Shown in pieces: positions 60,410 through 64,000 of a stretch of DNA of 64,000 nucleotides. A model generated the notes under the pieces. That model was not told the DNA's origin. It ran no database searches and was given only the letters and a program-made list of their open reading frames with translations. This stretch comes from the human T2T-CHM13v2.0 reference genome, Homo sapiens. Position numbers and translations under genes: made by a program. The stretch lies in NCBI RefSeq assembly GCF_009914755.1, contig NC_060928.1; one strand, written 5' to 3'. Within the stretch, counting starts at the first letter, position 1; every line of letters starts with the position of its first letter.

Positions 60410-60548
60410 TAGAGAATATTCACATCACTTCTGCTTATAGTTCCCTGGCAAGAACTTAGTCACATGGCCACTGGTAGCTGCAAGGAATGCTGGAGAATAC
60501 AATCTCTAGCTGGCAGCCCATGTGCCTGGCTAAAACTCAGGGAGTTTT
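60410..60548. mobile_element. MLT1I/J-like LTR fragment
   Basis: catcacttctgcttatag...agaacttagtcacatggcca...agctgcaaggaatgctggagaa. Confidence 0.65.
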
Positions 60549-62269
60549 AAGTTGCATTTTAACTAATGTTATTTTGTGCATCTATTGAGATGATCATGTA
60601 AGTGTTCCCTTTAATATATTCTTGAAGTGAATTGTATTATTATTCTAGTTTAAGCAATTTTGTCTACCTGAAATAAGCACCAAGGCAATATCAATGTTAT
60701 CTCTTATACACATTCATAGATTTGGCTTACTAATTATTTTAAATTTTTACATTTTTGCTGATTACATTTTGCTGATCAATGTATTTATCAAATACATTTT
60801 TCATTCTCAATAACTGCAGTAGACTTTTATTTATACCCTCTGAACTACTTCTATTTACTTTAATATTCTCCAAATTGCACAAATTTCCTTATGATTATCC
60901 AGTTCAAAAACTCTGCATGGATATTTTTCATTCCTAGGCAAGATGGCTGAATAGGGATAGTTCCAGTCTGCAGCTCGCAGCGAGACCAATGCAGAAGGCG
61001 GGTGATTTCTGCATCTCCAACTGAGGTACCTGGTTCACCTCACTGGGACTGGTTAGACAGTGGGTGTAGCCCGCAGAGGGAAAGCAGAAGCAGGGTGGGG
61101 CATCGCCTCACCCGGGAAGTGCAAGGGGTCAGGGAACTCCCTCCCCTAGCCAAGGGAAGCTTTGAGGGACTGTGCCCTGAGGGACGGTGCACTCCGGCAC
61201 AGATACTATGCTTTCCCCACAGTCTTCAAAACCCGCAGACAAGGAGATTCTCTTGGGTGCCTATAACACCAGGGCACTGGGTTTCAAGCACAAAACTGGG
61301 CGGCCATTTGGGCAGACACTGAGCTAGCTGCAAGAGTTATTTTTCATGCCACAGTGGTGTCTGGAATGCCAGGGAGACAGAACCATTCACTCCCCTGGAA
61401 AGGGAGCTGAAGCCAGGGAGCCAAGTGGTCCTGCTCAGTGAATCCCACCAGATTCACTGGCACCTAGATAGCTAGGATCCACTGGCTTGAAACTCTTGCT
61501 GCCAGCACAGCAGTCTGAAGTTGACCTGGGATGCACGAGCTTGGTGGGGGGAGGGGCGTCCACCGTTACTGAGGCTTAAGTAGGTGATTTTCCCCTCACA
61601 GCATAAACAAAGCCACCAGGAAGTTCAAACTGAGTGGAGCCCACCACAGCTCAGCAAAGCTGCTGTAGCCAGATCGCCTCTCTAGATTCCTCCTCTCTGG
61701 GCAGGCCATCTCAGAAAGAAAGGCAGCAGCCCCAGTCAGGGGCTTATAGATCGAACTCCCATCTCCCTCAGACAGAGCACCTGGGGAAGGGGTGGCTGTG
61801 GGCACAGCTTCAGCAGACTAAAATGTTCCTGCCTGCTGATTCTGAAGAGAGTAGCTGATCACCCAGCACAGCACTCAAGCTCTGCTAAGGGACAGACTGC
61901 CTCCCCAAGTGGGCCCCTGACCCCCATGCCTTCTAACAGGGAAACACCTCCCAGCAGGGTTCAATAGACACCTCATGAAGGAGAGCTCCAGCTGGCATCT
62001 CAGGTGTGCCCCTCTGGGACGAAGCTTCCAGAGGAATGAGGAGGCAGCAGTCTTTGCTGTTCTGCTGCCTCTGCTGGAGAAACCCAGGCAAACAGGGTCT
62101 GGAGTGGACTTCCAGCAAACTCCAGCAGCCCTGCAAAAGAGTGGCCTGATAGTTAGAAGGAAAACTAACAAACAGAAAGCAATAACATCCACATCAACAA
62201 AAGAAATGACCACACAAAAACTGCATCCAAAAGTCATGAACAGCAAAGACCACAGGTAGATAAATCCAT

Positions 62270-63297
62270 AAAGAGGAGGGAAAACCAGGGCAAAAAGGCT
62301 GAAAATTCCAAAAACCACAATGCCTCTTCTTCTCCAAAGGATCACAACTCCTCGCCAGCAATGGAACAAAACTGGACGGAGAATGAATTTGATGAATTGA
62401 CAGAAGTAGGCTTCAGAAGGCAGGTAATAACAAATTCCTTCGAGCTAAAGGAGCACGTTCTAACCCAATGCAAGGAAGCTAAGAACCTTGGTAAAAGATT
62501 AAAGGAATTGCTAACTAGAATAACCAGATTAGAGAAGAACATAAATGACCTGATGGAGCTGAAAAACACAGCATGAGAACTTCGTAAAGCATACACAATA
62601 CCAATTGCCAAATCGATCAAGCAGAAGAAAGGCAGAGACTGAAGATCAACTTAATGAAATAAAGCATGAAGACAAGAATAGAGAAAAAAGAATAAAAAGG
62701 AACAAATAAAGCCTCCAAGAAATATGGGACTGTGTGAGAAGACCAAACCTACATTGGATTGGTGTACCTGAAAGTCACAGGGAGAATGAAACTAAGTTGG
62801 AAAACGCACTTCAAGATATCATCCAGGATAACTTCCCCAACCAAGCAAGACAGCCCAACATTCAAATTCAGGAAATACAGAGAACACCACAAAGATACTC
62901 CTTGAGAAGGGCGACCCCAAGACACATGATCGTCAGATTCACCAAGGTTGAAATGAAGGAAAATATGTCAAGGGCAGCCAGAGAGAAAGGTCAGGTTACC
63001 CACAAAGGGGAATCCATCAGACTAACAGTGGATCTCTCTGCAGAAACCCTACAAGGCAGAAGAGAGTGGCGGCCAATATTCAACATTCTTAAAGAAAAGA
63101 ATTTTCAACTCAGAATTTCATATCCAGCCAAACTAAGCTTTATAAGTGAAGGAGAAATAAAATCTTTTACAGACAAGGAAATGCTGAGGGATTTTTTTTT
63201 TTTCAGCACCAGGCCTACCTTACAAGAGTTCCTGAAGGAAGCAGTAAATATGGAAAGGAAAAAACAGTACCAGCCACTGCGAAAACACACCAAATGT
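62270..63297 (+). pseudogene. L1 ORF1p remnant
   Basis: EQNWTENEFDELTEVGFRR..., RRPNLHWIGVPE...YPAKLSFISEGEIKSF; contains stops and frameshifts. Confidence 0.9.
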
Positions 63298-63362
63298 AAA
63301 GACCATCAACGCTATGAAGAAACTGCATCAACTAATGGACAAAATAACCAGCTAGCATCATC

Positions 63363-64000
63363 ATGAGAAGATCAAATTCACACATAACAATATTAACCTT
63401 AAATGTAAATGGGCTAAATGTCCCAATTAAAAGACACAGACTGACATATTGGATAAAGAGTCAAGGCTCATCAGTGTGCTGTATTCAGGAGACCCATCTC
63501 ATGTGCAAAGATACATATAGGCTCAAAATACAGGGATGGAGCAAGATTTACCAAACAAATGGAAAGCAAATAAAAGCAGGGGTTGCAATACTAGTCTCTG
63601 ATAAAACAGACTTTAAACCCACAAAAATAAAAAAAGACAAAGAAGGGCATTACACAATGGTAAAGGCATCAACACAACGAGAAGAGCTAACTATACTAAA
63701 TATACATGCACCCAATACAGGAGCACCCAGATTCATAAAGCAAGTTCTTAGAGACCTACAAAGAGACTTAGATTCCCACACAATAATAGTGGGAGACTTT
63801 AACACCCCACTGTCAATATTAGACAGATCAACAAGACCAAAATTAACAAGGATATTCAGGACTTCAACTCAGCTCTGGACCAAGTGGACCTAATAGACAT
63901 CTACAGAACTCTCCACCCCAAATCAAAAGAATATACACTCTTCTCAGCACCACATAGCACTTATTCTAAAATAGAGCACATAATTTGAAGTAAAACACTC
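63363..64000 (+). pseudogene. L1 ORF2p APE-type endonuclease remnant
   Basis: ITILTLNVNGLN, CCIQETHL, IHAPN, IVGDFNTPL motifs; frameshift near 63840. Confidence 0.92.

Larger units (their letters stand above)
60931..64000 (+). mobile_element. Second L1PA7/8-like LINE-1 (5' UTR, ORF1, start of ORF2), runs off the window
   Basis: ggcaagatggctgaatagg start; colinear with the element at 12465. Confidence 0.95.

Overview
AT-rich, CpG-depleted primate genomic DNA, almost certainly human because one Alu carries AluYa5 diagnostic bases. It looks intergenic or deep-intronic. I can support no cellular protein-coding gene, tRNA, rRNA or CRISPR array. The only recognisable protein remnants are broken LINE-1 ORF1/ORF2 fragments. 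Much of the window is transposon-derived: two L1PA7-like elements with 5' UTRs, 5'-truncated L1PA2-4 copies, older L1M, L2 and MIR fragments, five Alus, a solo LTR12 (ERV9), a MER39-like LTR, THE1/MST solo LTRs, a two-LTR MST provirus, and MER2, MER5A, Charlie4 and MER94-type DNA transposon relics. Subfamily calls were made by eye from remembered consensus sequences and need RepeatMasker/Dfam confirmation. I do not see a new biological system. The best leads are: (1) a near-perfect mosaic AluY that may be polymorphic; (2) several locally templated insertion or template-switch scars whose donors lie inside this window; (3) a 17-bp perfect-stem hairpin in apparently unique DNA; (4) an LTR12 with seven CCAAT boxes and a mutated polyA signal; (5) a speculative minus-strand spliced non-coding transcript.
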